A stretch of 64,000 nucleotides of DNA, taken from an uncultured Alphaproteobacteria bacterium. Lineage in GTDB: Bacteria > Pseudomonadota > Alphaproteobacteria > Sphingomonadales > Sphingomonadaceae. Made by a program: the position numbers and the translations under genes. Positions within the stretch are counted from its first letter, which is position 1. Each line of letters starts with the position of its first letter. Under the pieces are notes generated by a model that saw nothing but the letters and a program-made list of their open reading frames with translations, was not told the origin of the DNA and did no database searches. The stretch lies in the NCBI GenBank assembly GCA_963730925.1, contig CAVSTS010000008.1, positions 121,457 to 185,456 of the forward strand. Reading direction: 5' to 3'. Positions 20,097 to 29,642 of the stretch are shown in pieces.

Positions 20097-21383
20097 ATGT
20101 CAGACGTGCTTCGTTACTTGACCGGGTTCGGCAGCCATTTCGCGAGCGAGGCGGTCGACGGTGCGCTTCCGACGGGCCGCAACTCCCCACAGCGTCCGGC
20201 TTATGGTCTCTATGCCGAGCAGCTGTCGGGAAGCTCCTTCACCTCGCCACGGCACGAGAATCGCCGGTCCTGGTTGTACCGGATGCGGCCCACAGCGGAT
20301 CACCCGCCGTTCGTCGTTTATCAGGGGGCCCCGCTCTTCGCCGCGCCGCCCTCGGTGAGGCCGCTCGCGCCGAATTGCCTGCGCTGGAATCCACCGGCCG
20401 ATCTGCCTGCAGATGCAGATTTCGTCGACGGCCTTGCAACCATGCTCCACGCCCGCATCCCCGAGGATCTCGAGGGTTGTGCGGTGCACCTCTATCGGGC
20501 GAGCAAGAGCATGGACGACCGCGTTTTCGTGGATGCAGACGGTGAGTTGGTCATCATACCGCGTCAGGGCGCAATTGAGGTCCAGACCGAGCTGGGCCGA
20601 CTTGAGATTGGGCCGGGTTCGATTGGAATCGTGCCCCGAGGAATGAAGTTCAAAGTCCAGCTGCTCGAAGGGGAATCGTTCGGCTATGTCGCCGAAAATT
20701 ACGGGCTGCCGTTCCGTCTGCCCGAACTGGGTCCGATCGGTTCCAACGGCCTGGCCAACCCACGCGATTTCGAAGCGCCCGTCGCCTGGTTCGAGGATCG
20801 CGACGAGCCGACCGAAGTCATCCAGAAATCCCTGGGCCACCTCTGGGCGACGACGCTCGAACATTCGCCGCTCGACGTGGTCGCGTGGCACGGCAATTAT
20901 GCGCCCTGCCGATACGACCTCTCCCGCTTCAATGTGATCGGCACCGTCAGCTTCGACCATCCCGATCCATCCATCTTCACCGTGCTGACCAGCCCAAGCA
21001 ACGTTCCGGGTCGCGCCAATGCCGATTTCGTGATTTTCCCGCCGCGCTGGATGGTCGCAGAGGACACATTCCGACCGCCCTGGTTCCACCGCAATGTGAT
21101 GAGCGAGGCGATGGGACTGATCAGCGGCGCCTACGATGCAAAGTCCGAGGGCTTCGCACCGGGCGGTCTCAGTTTGCACAATTTGATGAGCGGCCACGGG
21201 CCGGACGTCGAAAGCTGGCGCAAAGCCGGTGCGTCCGAGCTCAAGCCGGTCAAGATTGAAGGATCGATGGCGTTCATGGTCGAAACCTGTTGGCCCTATC
21301 GACCGACCGATTGGGCGCTCGACCGCGCGCAACCGGACTATGACCAAGCGTGGTCGGGTTTTCCCAAGGCGCAGCTGCCGTGA
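20097..21383 (+). CDS. hmgA: Homogentisate 1,2-dioxygenase
   Basis: 428 aa starting [15 protein letters not shown], colinear with HmgA throughout. Confidence 0.9.
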   Translation: MSDVLRYLTGFGSHFASEAVDGALPTGRNSPQRPAYGLYAEQLSGSSFTSPRHENRRSWLYRMRPTADHPPFVVYQGAPLFAAPPSVRPLAPNCLRWNPPADLPADADFVDGLATMLHARIPEDLEGCAVHLYRASKSMDDRVFVDADGELVIIPRQGAIEVQTELGRLEIGPGSIGIVPRGMKFKVQLLEGESFGYVAENYGLPFRLPELGPIGSNGLANPRDFEAPVAWFEDRDEPTEVIQKSLGHLWATTLEHSPLDVVAWHGNYAPCRYDLSRFNVIGTVSFDHPDPSIFTVLTSPSNVPGRANADFVIFPPRWMVAEDTFRPPWFHRNVMSEAMGLISGAYDAKSEGFAPGGLSLHNLMSGHGPDVESWRKAGASELKPVKIEGSMAFMVETCWPYRPTDWALDRAQPDYDQAWSGFPKAQLP

Positions 21384-22663
21384 TCGACGAGACGAACGAT
21401 CCGTCGCGGGTCAGCTGGGTCGAAACCGCCCAAGGCAGCGATTTTCCAGTTCAGAACCTGCCGCTCGGCATTTTCTCCGTGGGGAATAGGCGTCGCCGTG
21501 CGGGCATGGCGATCGGAGACTTCGTGCTCGATCTCGTCGGTATCGCTGACTTGCTCGACGAGGAGTGGCGCGAGGATTTGTCGCAACCGGTGCTCAATGG
21601 CTGGCTTGCGCGCGGTTCGGACGCTCAGCGCGAGCTTCGTCTGCGCGTACAGGAGATACTGAGCGATTTGCGCTACCGCGATGACGTCGAGCCGGAGCTG
21701 ATCGGTCAGACGGAAGCGCGCATGCACGTTCCCTGTTTCGTCGGCGATTACACCGATTTTTACGTCGGCATTCACCATGCGACGAATGTCGGGAAGCAGT
21801 TCCGGCCCGACAATCCCCTGCTCCCGAACTATAAATATGTGCCCATCGGCTACCACGGGCGGGCGAGCTCTGTTCGAGCGTCGGGCGAACCCGTCATCCG
21901 GCCCCACGGCCAGCGAAAGGCGCCGGACTCGGAAGCTCCCGAATACGGCCCAAGCGCTCGTCTCGATTACGAATTGGAACTCGGGATCTGGATCGGGCGC
22001 GGCAATGAGCTGGGATCGCCAATCCCGATTGCCGAAGCTGCCGATCATATCGCCGGCTATTGCCTGCTCAACGACTGGTCCGCGCGCGACATTCAGGCGT
22101 GGGAATATCAGCCGCTCGGGCCGTTCCTCGCCAAGAATTTCCTGACCAGCGTCTCGCCTTGGATCGTCAGTCCGCAGGCATTGGCGCCCTTCCGCAAGGC
22201 CATGCCGCCGCGGCCATCGGGCGACCCGGCACCGCTCGCTTATCTCGATGATCCGGCCGACCGGAAAAAGGGCGCGCTGGAGATCCAGCTCGAGGTCACT
22301 TTGTCGACCGAGCAGATGCGTTCAGCGGGCGTCGCGCCGCACGTGCTGTCGCGCGGCTCGGCCGATGCGGCAATGTACTGGAGCGCGGCGCAGATCGTCG
22401 CCCACCACAGCTCCAACGGTTGCAACCTTCAACCGGGCGACCTCATCGGGACCGGGACCTTGTCGACGGACAGCGTCGAGGGATTGGGATCGTTGCTGGA
22501 GATCAGCCAGGGAGGAAAGCAGCCGGTACAGCTTCCGACGGGAGAGACCCGCAGCTTCCTCGGGGACGGTGACGAGATCATCTTGCGCGCGTGGTGCGAG
22601 CGCGAAAGCGCGGTTCGCGTCGGTTTGGGGGAATGCGTCGGCCGGGTCGTGGCGGCCGCTTGA
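21380..22663 (+). CDS. fahA: Fumarylacetoacetase
   Basis: GTG start overlaps the hmgA stop (GTGA). Contains [11 protein letters not shown] and DYTDFY blocks and a FAH C-terminal domain. Confidence 0.85.
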   Translation: MIDETNDPSRVSWVETAQGSDFPVQNLPLGIFSVGNRRRRAGMAIGDFVLDLVGIADLLDEEWREDLSQPVLNGWLARGSDAQRELRLRVQEILSDLRYRDDVEPELIGQTEARMHVPCFVGDYTDFYVGIHHATNVGKQFRPDNPLLPNYKYVPIGYHGRASSVRASGEPVIRPHGQRKAPDSEAPEYGPSARLDYELELGIWIGRGNELGSPIPIAEAADHIAGYCLLNDWSARDIQAWEYQPLGPFLAKNFLTSVSPWIVSPQALAPFRKAMPPRPSGDPAPLAYLDDPADRKKGALEIQLEVTLSTEQMRSAGVAPHVLSRGSADAAMYWSAAQIVAHHSSNGCNLQPGDLIGTGTLSTDSVEGLGSLLEISQGGKQPVQLPTGETRSFLGDGDEIILRAWCERESAVRVGLGECVGRVVAAA

Positions 22664-22712
22664 GCGCACACCGCCGCGCCTGCTAAGTCATTCCCGGGAG
22701 GGCTGATTTCGC

Positions 22713-23414
22713 GTGTTGTTCCGCCAGCTGTTCGAGCCGCAATCCTCGGCTTACACCTATATGATCGCCTGTGAGGACACACGCCGGGCGGCGCTGATCG
22801 ATCCGGTGCTGGAGACGGTCGAGCGCGATCTCAAGCTGTTGCGCGATCTCGGCCTTACGCTCGAATATACGATCGAGACTCATATTCACGCCGACCACGT
22901 CACGGGCGCGGGGCGTTTGCGCGAATTGACAGGATCAAAGGCGGCGGTTCCGGAAAAGAGCGGGGCCGATCACGTCGATGTGGCCGTCCGGGAAGGCGAG
23001 CCGATCGTCGTTGGCGGGTGCCGGCTGAATCCGCTCTACACGCCCGGCCATACCGACGATCATCATTCTTATTTCCTCGACCAGCCTGGCGCCGGAAGGG
23101 TGTTCACCGGAGACGCTTTGTTGATCGATGGCTGCGGGCGGACCGATTTCCAGAACGGCGATTCGGCGACGCTCTACCGTTCGGTCCACGAAAAGATCTT
23201 TGCGTTGCCGGACGAGACTCTGGTTTACCCCGGTCACGACTATCAGCACCGGCGCGTAAGCAGCGTCGGCCAGGAGCGGGAGCGCAATCCGCGCCTTGGC
23301 GGAGGGCGAACCGTCGAGGAATTTATCGCCATCATGGGCGGCCTCAACCTGCCGCCCCCGAAGAGGATGGATGTCGCGGTTCCCGCCAATCGCGAATGCG
23401 GCGAGATCGGCTAG
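22713..23414 (+). CDS. MBL-fold metallo-hydrolase, ETHE1-like persulfide dioxygenase candidate
   Basis: THIHADH motif, TPGHTDDH, and GDALLIDGCGRTDFQNGD typical of the ETHE1/PDO subgroup. Confidence 0.7.
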   Translation: MLFRQLFEPQSSAYTYMIACEDTRRAALIDPVLETVERDLKLLRDLGLTLEYTIETHIHADHVTGAGRLRELTGSKAAVPEKSGADHVDVAVREGEPIVVGGCRLNPLYTPGHTDDHHSYFLDQPGAGRVFTGDALLIDGCGRTDFQNGDSATLYRSVHEKIFALPDETLVYPGHDYQHRRVSSVGQERERNPRLGGGRTVEEFIAIMGGLNLPPPKRMDVAVPANRECGEIG

Positions 23415-23821
23415 CGCTCGTTGTCCCAGATCATATGGATGATCCGCCAGCCGAGCTCGGGATGGCGGAACAGCTGGATGGAATTGATCCCGCGCCGCTC
23501 TGGCTGCTCGTCATCGAGCGAGCTTCGCGCCTCATAGCCGCTCCACACGTGCGCGATGTTGCCGAACAGGTCGATTCGCCGTTCCGTTTCGATCTCGTAG
23601 AAAGCATTTGCGTCGAAGAAGGGCTGGGTGTTTTGCGCATAATCGTCGAGGGTCATGCTCAACATCTGCGGCCGGCCCGAATCGTCGACCCAGGTACGCA
23701 CCTGCCGCGCCTCGGGCAGGAAGCAATTGTCCTGCCGCGACCAGTCGCGAGGGCCAGCCGGTCCCGAAATCATCGCATACATCTCATCGACGACGGCGCC
23801 GATCGCTTCATTGTCCGTCAT
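23411..23821 (-). CDS. NTF2/SnoaL-like fold protein
   Basis: 136 aa with size and pattern consistent with the DUF4440/SnoaL-like family. No signal peptide. Confidence 0.5.
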   Translation of the reverse strand: MTDNEAIGAVVDEMYAMISGPAGPRDWSRQDNCFLPEARQVRTWVDDSGRPQMLSMTLDDYAQNTQPFFDANAFYEIETERRIDLFGNIAHVWSGYEARSSLDDEQPERRGINSIQLFRHPELGWRIIHMIWDNER

Positions 23822-24017
23822 GCCCGCTCCTCGTTAAGGCCGAGAGCCAAGTGCTAGGTCAGGGTGTTCCGGATTGGAAGCCGGGCCCACCAAGCGCTTG
23901 ACTCAACTCGACAAACGACCAACGAGGCCCCGGTCATTCCGGGGAGTGAGGTTTTCGTGGAGATCACAGTTGGAAGGCGATGGCGCATCGCGGTCGACGC
24001 TGTAAGCTTCGGCTGAC

Positions 24018-25361
24018 ATGACGATGGCCCTTGACTTACCACCGCTCGATGAGCGGCAGGTCAGCGATCCCCGGAGCGACATACGCACGGGAATGCTGGT
24101 GATGGCGGGGTTCCTCCTCGCCATATTGCTCTGGGCGGGTTTCATGCCGCTCGCCGACGGTGTTCACGCGCGCGGCGTGATTGCGGTGTCAGGCAACCGC
24201 CAGGCGGTTCAGCATCGCGACGGCGGCCTCGTGACTGCCATCCATGTTCGCGAAGGGCAGAAGGTGCGGGCGGGAGAGCCGCTGATCGACCTCGCCGCGC
24301 CGGAGCTTCGTGCCGCCGAACGTGCGCTGACGAGCGACTATCTCACCCTGCTTGCGCAGCGCGCCCGTCTGCTTGCCGAGCGTAGTGGACAGCGCGATCT
24401 TGCCACACCGGCCGAATACGCCGGTCTTTCGGCTGACGATCGCGAACTCGCCCGGCAAGCGCTCGAGCTGCAGCGGTCGCAAATGCGGGCACGGACGGCG
24501 GCGCTTTCGGCGCAGAAGTCCGTGCTGCTTCAACGCTCGAGACAACTCGCCGAACAGCGATCGGGTTACATCAAACAGCGCGGCTACGCGGCCGAGCAGG
24601 AGGGGCTCATCGCCGAGGAGTTGGAGGGTCAGCGCAAGCTTCAGGCGAAAGACCTTGCACCGCTTTCGCGAGTTCGATCGCTCGAGCGTGCGCAGGCCGA
24701 CCTCCAGCGTCAGCAGGCCGCACTCGCCGCTGAACATGCGAGCGCGGGCCAGACGATCCGCGAAACGCGGATGCAGGACCTCAGCCTGTCGCGCAAATCG
24801 CTCGAGGATGTCGCCGCCGAACTGCGCGACACGCAGGAAAAACTATCGGAGCTGCTGCCGAAGCTTATCGCCGCGCGCGAGCAGCTCGAGCGATCTCGTC
24901 TCCGAGCGCCCACCAGTGGGACGGTAGTGGGCCTTTCTGCCTTCACTGTCGGCGGTGTGATCGAGCCGGGCAAACCGGTGATGGAAATCGTACCCGAGGG
25001 CCGGTCGCTCGTCATTCGCGCGCAGGTCGATCCCACCGATGCAGACGAGGTTGCAGAGGGCGAAACGGCGCAGGTCCGCTTCGTCAGCGTACACGACCGC
25101 ACGCTTCCGTTGCTGCACGGCACGGTCCGGACGATGTCCGCCGACAGCTTTCAGGACAAAAGGACCGGGCGTTCGTATTTCCGCGCCGAAGTCGTGGTGC
25201 CCGGGGCGGAAATGAACCGCGTCCGTCAGACTCTTGGGCACGGCAATCTGCGGCCAGGACTACCGGCCGATGTCGTGCTTTCCGTGCGGAAACGGACGGC
25301 CCTCGATATGCTATTCGGTCCTTTGGCCGGGACTTTCTGGCGGTCCTTCCGTGAGCAATGA
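24018..25361 (+). CDS. HlyD family type I secretion periplasmic adaptor, copy 1
   Basis: 447 aa with an N-terminal TM, long coiled-coil and C-terminal beta-barrel/lipoyl blocks (RAPTSGTVVGL, RSYFRAEV, LRPGLPADV). Confidence 0.85.
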   Translation: MTMALDLPPLDERQVSDPRSDIRTGMLVMAGFLLAILLWAGFMPLADGVHARGVIAVSGNRQAVQHRDGGLVTAIHVREGQKVRAGEPLIDLAAPELRAAERALTSDYLTLLAQRARLLAERSGQRDLATPAEYAGLSADDRELARQALELQRSQMRARTAALSAQKSVLLQRSRQLAEQRSGYIKQRGYAAEQEGLIAEELEGQRKLQAKDLAPLSRVRSLERAQADLQRQQAALAAEHASAGQTIRETRMQDLSLSRKSLEDVAAELRDTQEKLSELLPKLIAAREQLERSRLRAPTSGTVVGLSAFTVGGVIEPGKPVMEIVPEGRSLVIRAQVDPTDADEVAEGETAQVRFVSVHDRTLPLLHGTVRTMSADSFQDKRTGRSYFRAEVVVPGAEMNRVRQTLGHGNLRPGLPADVVLSVRKRTALDMLFGPLAGTFWRSFREQ

Positions 25362-25370
25362 GCTGATCCA

Positions 25371-27086
25371 ATGAAGCTCGCCGGAATCGACTTCCCGCCG
25401 GTAATTGCCGACGCCCTCCGGAGCTGCAAACCGCACTTCGTCGCGGCTGCCGTTTTCAGCTTTCTCATCAACCTCCTGTATCTCGCACCGGCGATTTACA
25501 TGCTGCAGGTCTACGACCGGGTCGTCGCGACCGGCGCCAAGACTACGCTGCTGTTCATCACCATCGCGCTCGCGCTTGCGCTGGTCGCCTTGGCCGCCCT
25601 CGACATGGTTCGAAACCGGCTGCTCGTCCGCGCGAGCCTGCGCCTCGATAGCGTGCTTGCGCCGAAAATCCTGCAGCAGGTGATGTCGACGAACGCGGCT
25701 GCGGCGAGCCAGGCAATGCGCGATTTCGATTCCGTCCGGACGACGATCGCCAGTCCCGTTGCCGGCGCGCTGTTCGACGTGCCATGGATGCCGGTCTTCC
25801 TCCTAGCCGCCTTCCTGCTCCATTTCTGGATCGGAATTCTCGCGATCGTGTCGGCAGCGATCCTGATCGGCATCGCCTGGTTTAATCAGCGCTCGACGCA
25901 GCAGCGGATGGAGATCGCCACGCAGGCAATGGCCGCCGCGCACGCCTCACAGCAAGCGACGGCAATGCATGCCAGCACCATTCGTGGTTTGGGCATGCGG
26001 GGTGCGATGATCGCCCGCCAGCTCTCTCATCGGGGCGTCGGAATCACGAATACGACGACCGCGCAATTTGCCGGCGGGCGGCTGTCCGCGGTTAGCCGAT
26101 TCTTCCGCCTCTTGGTCCAGTCGCTCGCGCTCGGTCTCGGGGCCCTGCTTGCGATTGCGGGCTACATTTCTGCCGGGGCGATCATCGCCGCTTCGATCCT
26201 GCTTAGCCGCGCCCTTCAGCCGGTTGAAAGCCTTATCGGCGGATGGGCCGCGCTTACTTCGGCCCGGGCGGCGGCGCATCGCCTAGCGGCGGTCCTGCAA
26301 AGTAGCGGGCCGGAACGCATCTACACGACCCTGCCTGCGCCTCGCGGCGAAATCGATCTCGAGCAGGTCGGTTTCCGTGCAGCGGACGGGCGGCCAATTC
26401 TATTGGGTGTGACATTCCGCGCCGAGCCAGGGCACATTCTTGGCATCGTCGGACCCAGCGGTTCGGGCAAGACGACTCTGGGCAAGATCATCGTTGGCGC
26501 GTTGGACGCGAGCGTCGGCACAGTGCGGATCGACGGTGCTCAGCTCAGCGATTGGGAGCCGGATCGGATCGGGCGCCACATCGGCTACATGCCACAGGAG
26601 CCGTCGCTGTTCGACGGCACGATCAAGGAGAATATCGCTCGTTTCGACGGCGAGGTCCCGGGGAACGATCCGGCAGGAGTCGACGAAGCGGTCGTGGCCG
26701 CAGCGCAAGAAGCCGGAGTCCACGAACTCATCCTGCAACTGCCCAATGGCTATGACACGCGGCTTGGGCTGGGCGGAGCCGGCCTGTCTGCCGGCCAGGC
26801 GCAGCGCATCGCCTTTGCTCGTGCGCTCTATGGCGCACCACAGATCCTGCTGCTCGACGAGCCGAACGCCTTCCTCGATTCGGATGGCGAAACGAGCCTC
26901 GTCCGGGCGATTGCCGCCGCTCGCGGGCGCGGAGCGACTGTGATCGTCATCGCTCATCGCCGCGGCGTGCTCGAGGCCGCCGACCGGCTGCTGGTGATGG
27001 AAGCGGGCAAGCCGAAGATGATCGGGCCGGCCCGGGAAGTGGTAGCGCGCTTATCGAGTCCGCAGGCGTCGGGGACCGAGGGATGA
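25371..27086 (+). CDS. Type I secretion system permease/ATPase (PrtD/AprD-type, no C39 domain)
   Basis: 571 aa with an N-terminal 6-TM domain, Walker A GPSGSGKTT, signature LSAGQAQR and Walker B ILLLDEP. Confidence 0.88.
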   Translation: MKLAGIDFPPVIADALRSCKPHFVAAAVFSFLINLLYLAPAIYMLQVYDRVVATGAKTTLLFITIALALALVALAALDMVRNRLLVRASLRLDSVLAPKILQQVMSTNAAAASQAMRDFDSVRTTIASPVAGALFDVPWMPVFLLAAFLLHFWIGILAIVSAAILIGIAWFNQRSTQQRMEIATQAMAAAHASQQATAMHASTIRGLGMRGAMIARQLSHRGVGITNTTTAQFAGGRLSAVSRFFRLLVQSLALGLGALLAIAGYISAGAIIAASILLSRALQPVESLIGGWAALTSARAAAHRLAAVLQSSGPERIYTTLPAPRGEIDLEQVGFRAADGRPILLGVTFRAEPGHILGIVGPSGSGKTTLGKIIVGALDASVGTVRIDGAQLSDWEPDRIGRHIGYMPQEPSLFDGTIKENIARFDGEVPGNDPAGVDEAVVAAAQEAGVHELILQLPNGYDTRLGLGGAGLSAGQAQRIAFARALYGAPQILLLDEPNAFLDSDGETSLVRAIAAARGRGATVIVIAHRRGVLEAADRLLVMEAGKPKMIGPAREVVARLSSPQASGTEG

Positions 27087-28417
27087 CGAGCCTTGCGACC
27101 TATTCCCCCGAGGCGGAAGCGCGCGCCGGCGATCCTCGGCGAGAGATCGTCACAGGCGCTTCGATTGCATTCTTCTTCTTCGTTGTGTTGCTTGGCGCGG
27201 CGGCGCTGATCCCCCTTAATGCCGGCGTGCATGCGCAGGGCAGCATTGCCGTGCTGGGCAATCGCCAGGCGGTGCAACATAAGGAAGGCGGGATCGTCAC
27301 TTCCATCCACGTGCATGAGGGCGATCATGTTCGCGCCGGCCAGGTCTTGGTCGAGCTTGCCGCGCCCGAGTTGAAGGCGGAGGAACGCTCGCTGACGAGC
27401 GAATATTTGTCGCTCCTGGCCGGGCGTGCACGTCTGCTCGCCGAGCGTTCCGGACAACGCAACTTCGCCACTCCGCCCGAATTTGCGGCCTTGCCTCCGT
27501 CGGACCGGGAACTTGCAGCGCAGGCGCTCGAACTTCAGCGCTCGCAGATGCGGGCGCGCGCCTCTTCGCTTAGCGCGCAGCAGTCGGTCTGGCGCCAACG
27601 TTCGCTGGAGCTCGGCGAACAGCAGTCGGGCTACGCGCACCAGCGTGCCTCCCTTCAGGAGCAGCAGCGGCTGATTGCCGACGAGCTGCAAAGCCTGAGG
27701 CAATTGCAGCAGAAGGGGTTTGCATCCACCAACCGTATCCGGGCCTTGGAACGCGCGGAGGCGGAGCTCAAAGCGCAGGAAGCGCAGATGGTCGCCGAGC
27801 ATGCGCGTGCGGGCGAGGGCATGGGCGAAGCGCGGATGCAGTCGCTCAGCCTGAACCGCACAACGATCGAGCAGATCGCCGCCGATCTGCGCGACACGCA
27901 GGCGAAGCTCTCCGAAGTCGTTCCCAAGCTCGTCGCGGCGCGCGAGCAATTGCAGCATTCCCTCGTGCGCGCTCCGGCTAGCGGTCGAGTCGTCGGACTC
28001 TCGGTGTTCACCGTGGGCGGTGTTGTCTCCCCTGGACAGACGCTGATGGACGTCGTGCCCGAGGATAAAGTCCTTGTCGTTCAGGCGCAGGTCCAGCCGA
28101 TCGACGCGGATGACGTCTATCCCGGTCAGGCCGCGCAAATCCGCTTCGCCAGCGATCGGGATCGTTCGCTCCCCTTTTTAGAAGGTCGAGTGCGCACGAT
28201 TTCGGCCGACAGCTTCACCGATGAGGAAAGCGGACGGTCCTATTTCAGGGCGGAGATCGAAGTGCCCCCGTCCGAAATGGACCAGGTTCGCGGAATTCTC
28301 GGCCGCGGCGAGTTGCGGCCAGGCCTACCGGTCGAAGCGATCCTTGCCGTGCGCAAGCGCTCGGCCTTGCAATATCTGGTCGGGCCGCTGGTGGGCACCA
28401 TCCTGCAGCGTGAATGA
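27083..28417 (+). CDS. HlyD family type I secretion periplasmic adaptor, copy 2 (paralog of copy 1)
   Basis: 444 aa, colinear with copy 1. Identical runs include GNRQAVQH, RARLLAERSGQR, ALELQRSQMRAR, RSYFRAE and LRPGLP. The start overlaps the ABC gene stop. Confidence 0.85.
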   Translation: MTSLATYSPEAEARAGDPRREIVTGASIAFFFFVVLLGAAALIPLNAGVHAQGSIAVLGNRQAVQHKEGGIVTSIHVHEGDHVRAGQVLVELAAPELKAEERSLTSEYLSLLAGRARLLAERSGQRNFATPPEFAALPPSDRELAAQALELQRSQMRARASSLSAQQSVWRQRSLELGEQQSGYAHQRASLQEQQRLIADELQSLRQLQQKGFASTNRIRALERAEAELKAQEAQMVAEHARAGEGMGEARMQSLSLNRTTIEQIAADLRDTQAKLSEVVPKLVAAREQLQHSLVRAPASGRVVGLSVFTVGGVVSPGQTLMDVVPEDKVLVVQAQVQPIDADDVYPGQAAQIRFASDRDRSLPFLEGRVRTISADSFTDEESGRSYFRAEIEVPPSEMDQVRGILGRGELRPGLPVEAILAVRKRSALQYLVGPLVGTILQRE

Positions 28418-28438
28418 AGCGGGGCGAGTGTGTCGGTT

Positions 28439-29489
28439 CTATCGACTGGGCGGCGCCGCGGAGTCGCGCACGATCAGCGTGTGGGGAAGTACGCGCTCGG
28501 GTTTATGCTCGTCATTCGACCCTTCCATCCGGAGCTCATTCATCAGTAGCTCGATTGCGGCTTGAGCCATTTCGGCTACCGGCTGGCGGATCGTGGTGAG
28601 CTCGGGCCATACCGTCGTTGCGGGCGCCGTGTCGTCGAATCCCACGACGCTGAGGTCGCGCGGCACTTTGAGGCCGCGGCGATGGGCGATGTTCACCACC
28701 GCGGCGGCCATATCGTCATTGCTGGCGAATATCGCCGTCGGAGCCGGGTCTCGCATGAGCAGCCGCTCGCCAGCGACCAAGCCTGATCGGTAGGTGAAAT
28801 AGCCCTGTTCGATCGGCGCTGCGTGGGCGTTCAGTCCAAATTCCTGCAGCGCTGCAACGAATCCGCGGAAGCGCTCCTCGCTTGCGGTCATATTCGGGTG
28901 ACCGCGCACGAACCCGATTTCGCGATGCCCAAGCTCAAGCAGGAACGTCGTGACCTCCTTGGCCGCCGCGAACTCATCAATGCGAACATTGAGGAATTCG
29001 GCTTGCTGCACGCTCATGGCTACCGTGACCATGGGTATGCCGGACGCCGAGACTTGCGAACGCACCGCTGCCGATTCCGACAAGGGCGGAGTCAGCATCA
29101 CACCGTCGAGACCCGACTGAAGGAAACGGCGAACCGCCTCGCTTTGTTCGCTCGTGCTTTCCGATTCGCAGGCTTCGAGGACGAGTTGAGCTCCGGTGGT
29201 TCGTCCGCCTTCAAGAGCGCCGAGCAGCAATTGGCTGAGATAGGCCGCACTGGGATTGACGTAGAGGAGCCCAATGTGAGTCGGCTCGCCAGCCGCCAGC
29301 GCTCGCGCAGCCGCGTTCGGTGAATAGTTGAGGTCCTCGATCGCTTTGAGCACCGCCTCGCGAGTGCTGTCACGGACGCTGCCCTTGTCATTGATGAACT
29401 CGAGAAACGGTCATCGCGGACACGCCGGCGCTGCGCGCGACATCCTCAATCGTTGCACTACCCCTGCCTCGGCGGCTGGCCCGTGTCAT
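28439..29489 (-). pseudogene. LacI family regulator with frame-disrupted HTH region
   Basis: The body (ORF 28439..29353) lacks an HTH. The HTH (SATIEDVARSAGVSAMTVSRV) is encoded upstream in another frame. A one-base insertion sits in GTTCATCAATGAC (about 29393-29399). The ATG at 29489 is out of frame across the C5 run at 29460-29464. Confidence 0.7.
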
Positions 29490-29642
29490 CGAACTCCTTT
29501 GTGTTCCCGCTGCTATTGAAGCCGTGGAAGAATGGCAATTCGGCCGCGACCCGCATCACCACGTCACGCCCAGCTTCAACATCGAGATTGCGCCGCACAG
29601 CTTTCGCGTGTTCAAGAAGCCTGAGCAGGGGAAGGAAGCGCA

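Noticed and set aside
20100-21347. 415-aa ORF antisense to hmgA
   Set aside because: A shadow ORF typical of high-GC DNA. The translation is R/G/A/P-rich with no motifs, and the sense strand encodes a full-length, motif-rich HmgA.
23822-24017. Small ORF encoding a T1SS substrate or leader peptide upstream of the first HlyD gene
   Set aside because: Only 13-16 codon ORFs without an RBS are present. None resembles a bacteriocin or RTX-type substrate.
26954-28138. 394-aa ORF antisense to the ABC/HlyD-2 junction
   Set aside because: Low-complexity R/L/A-rich translation that overlaps two well-supported sense genes.
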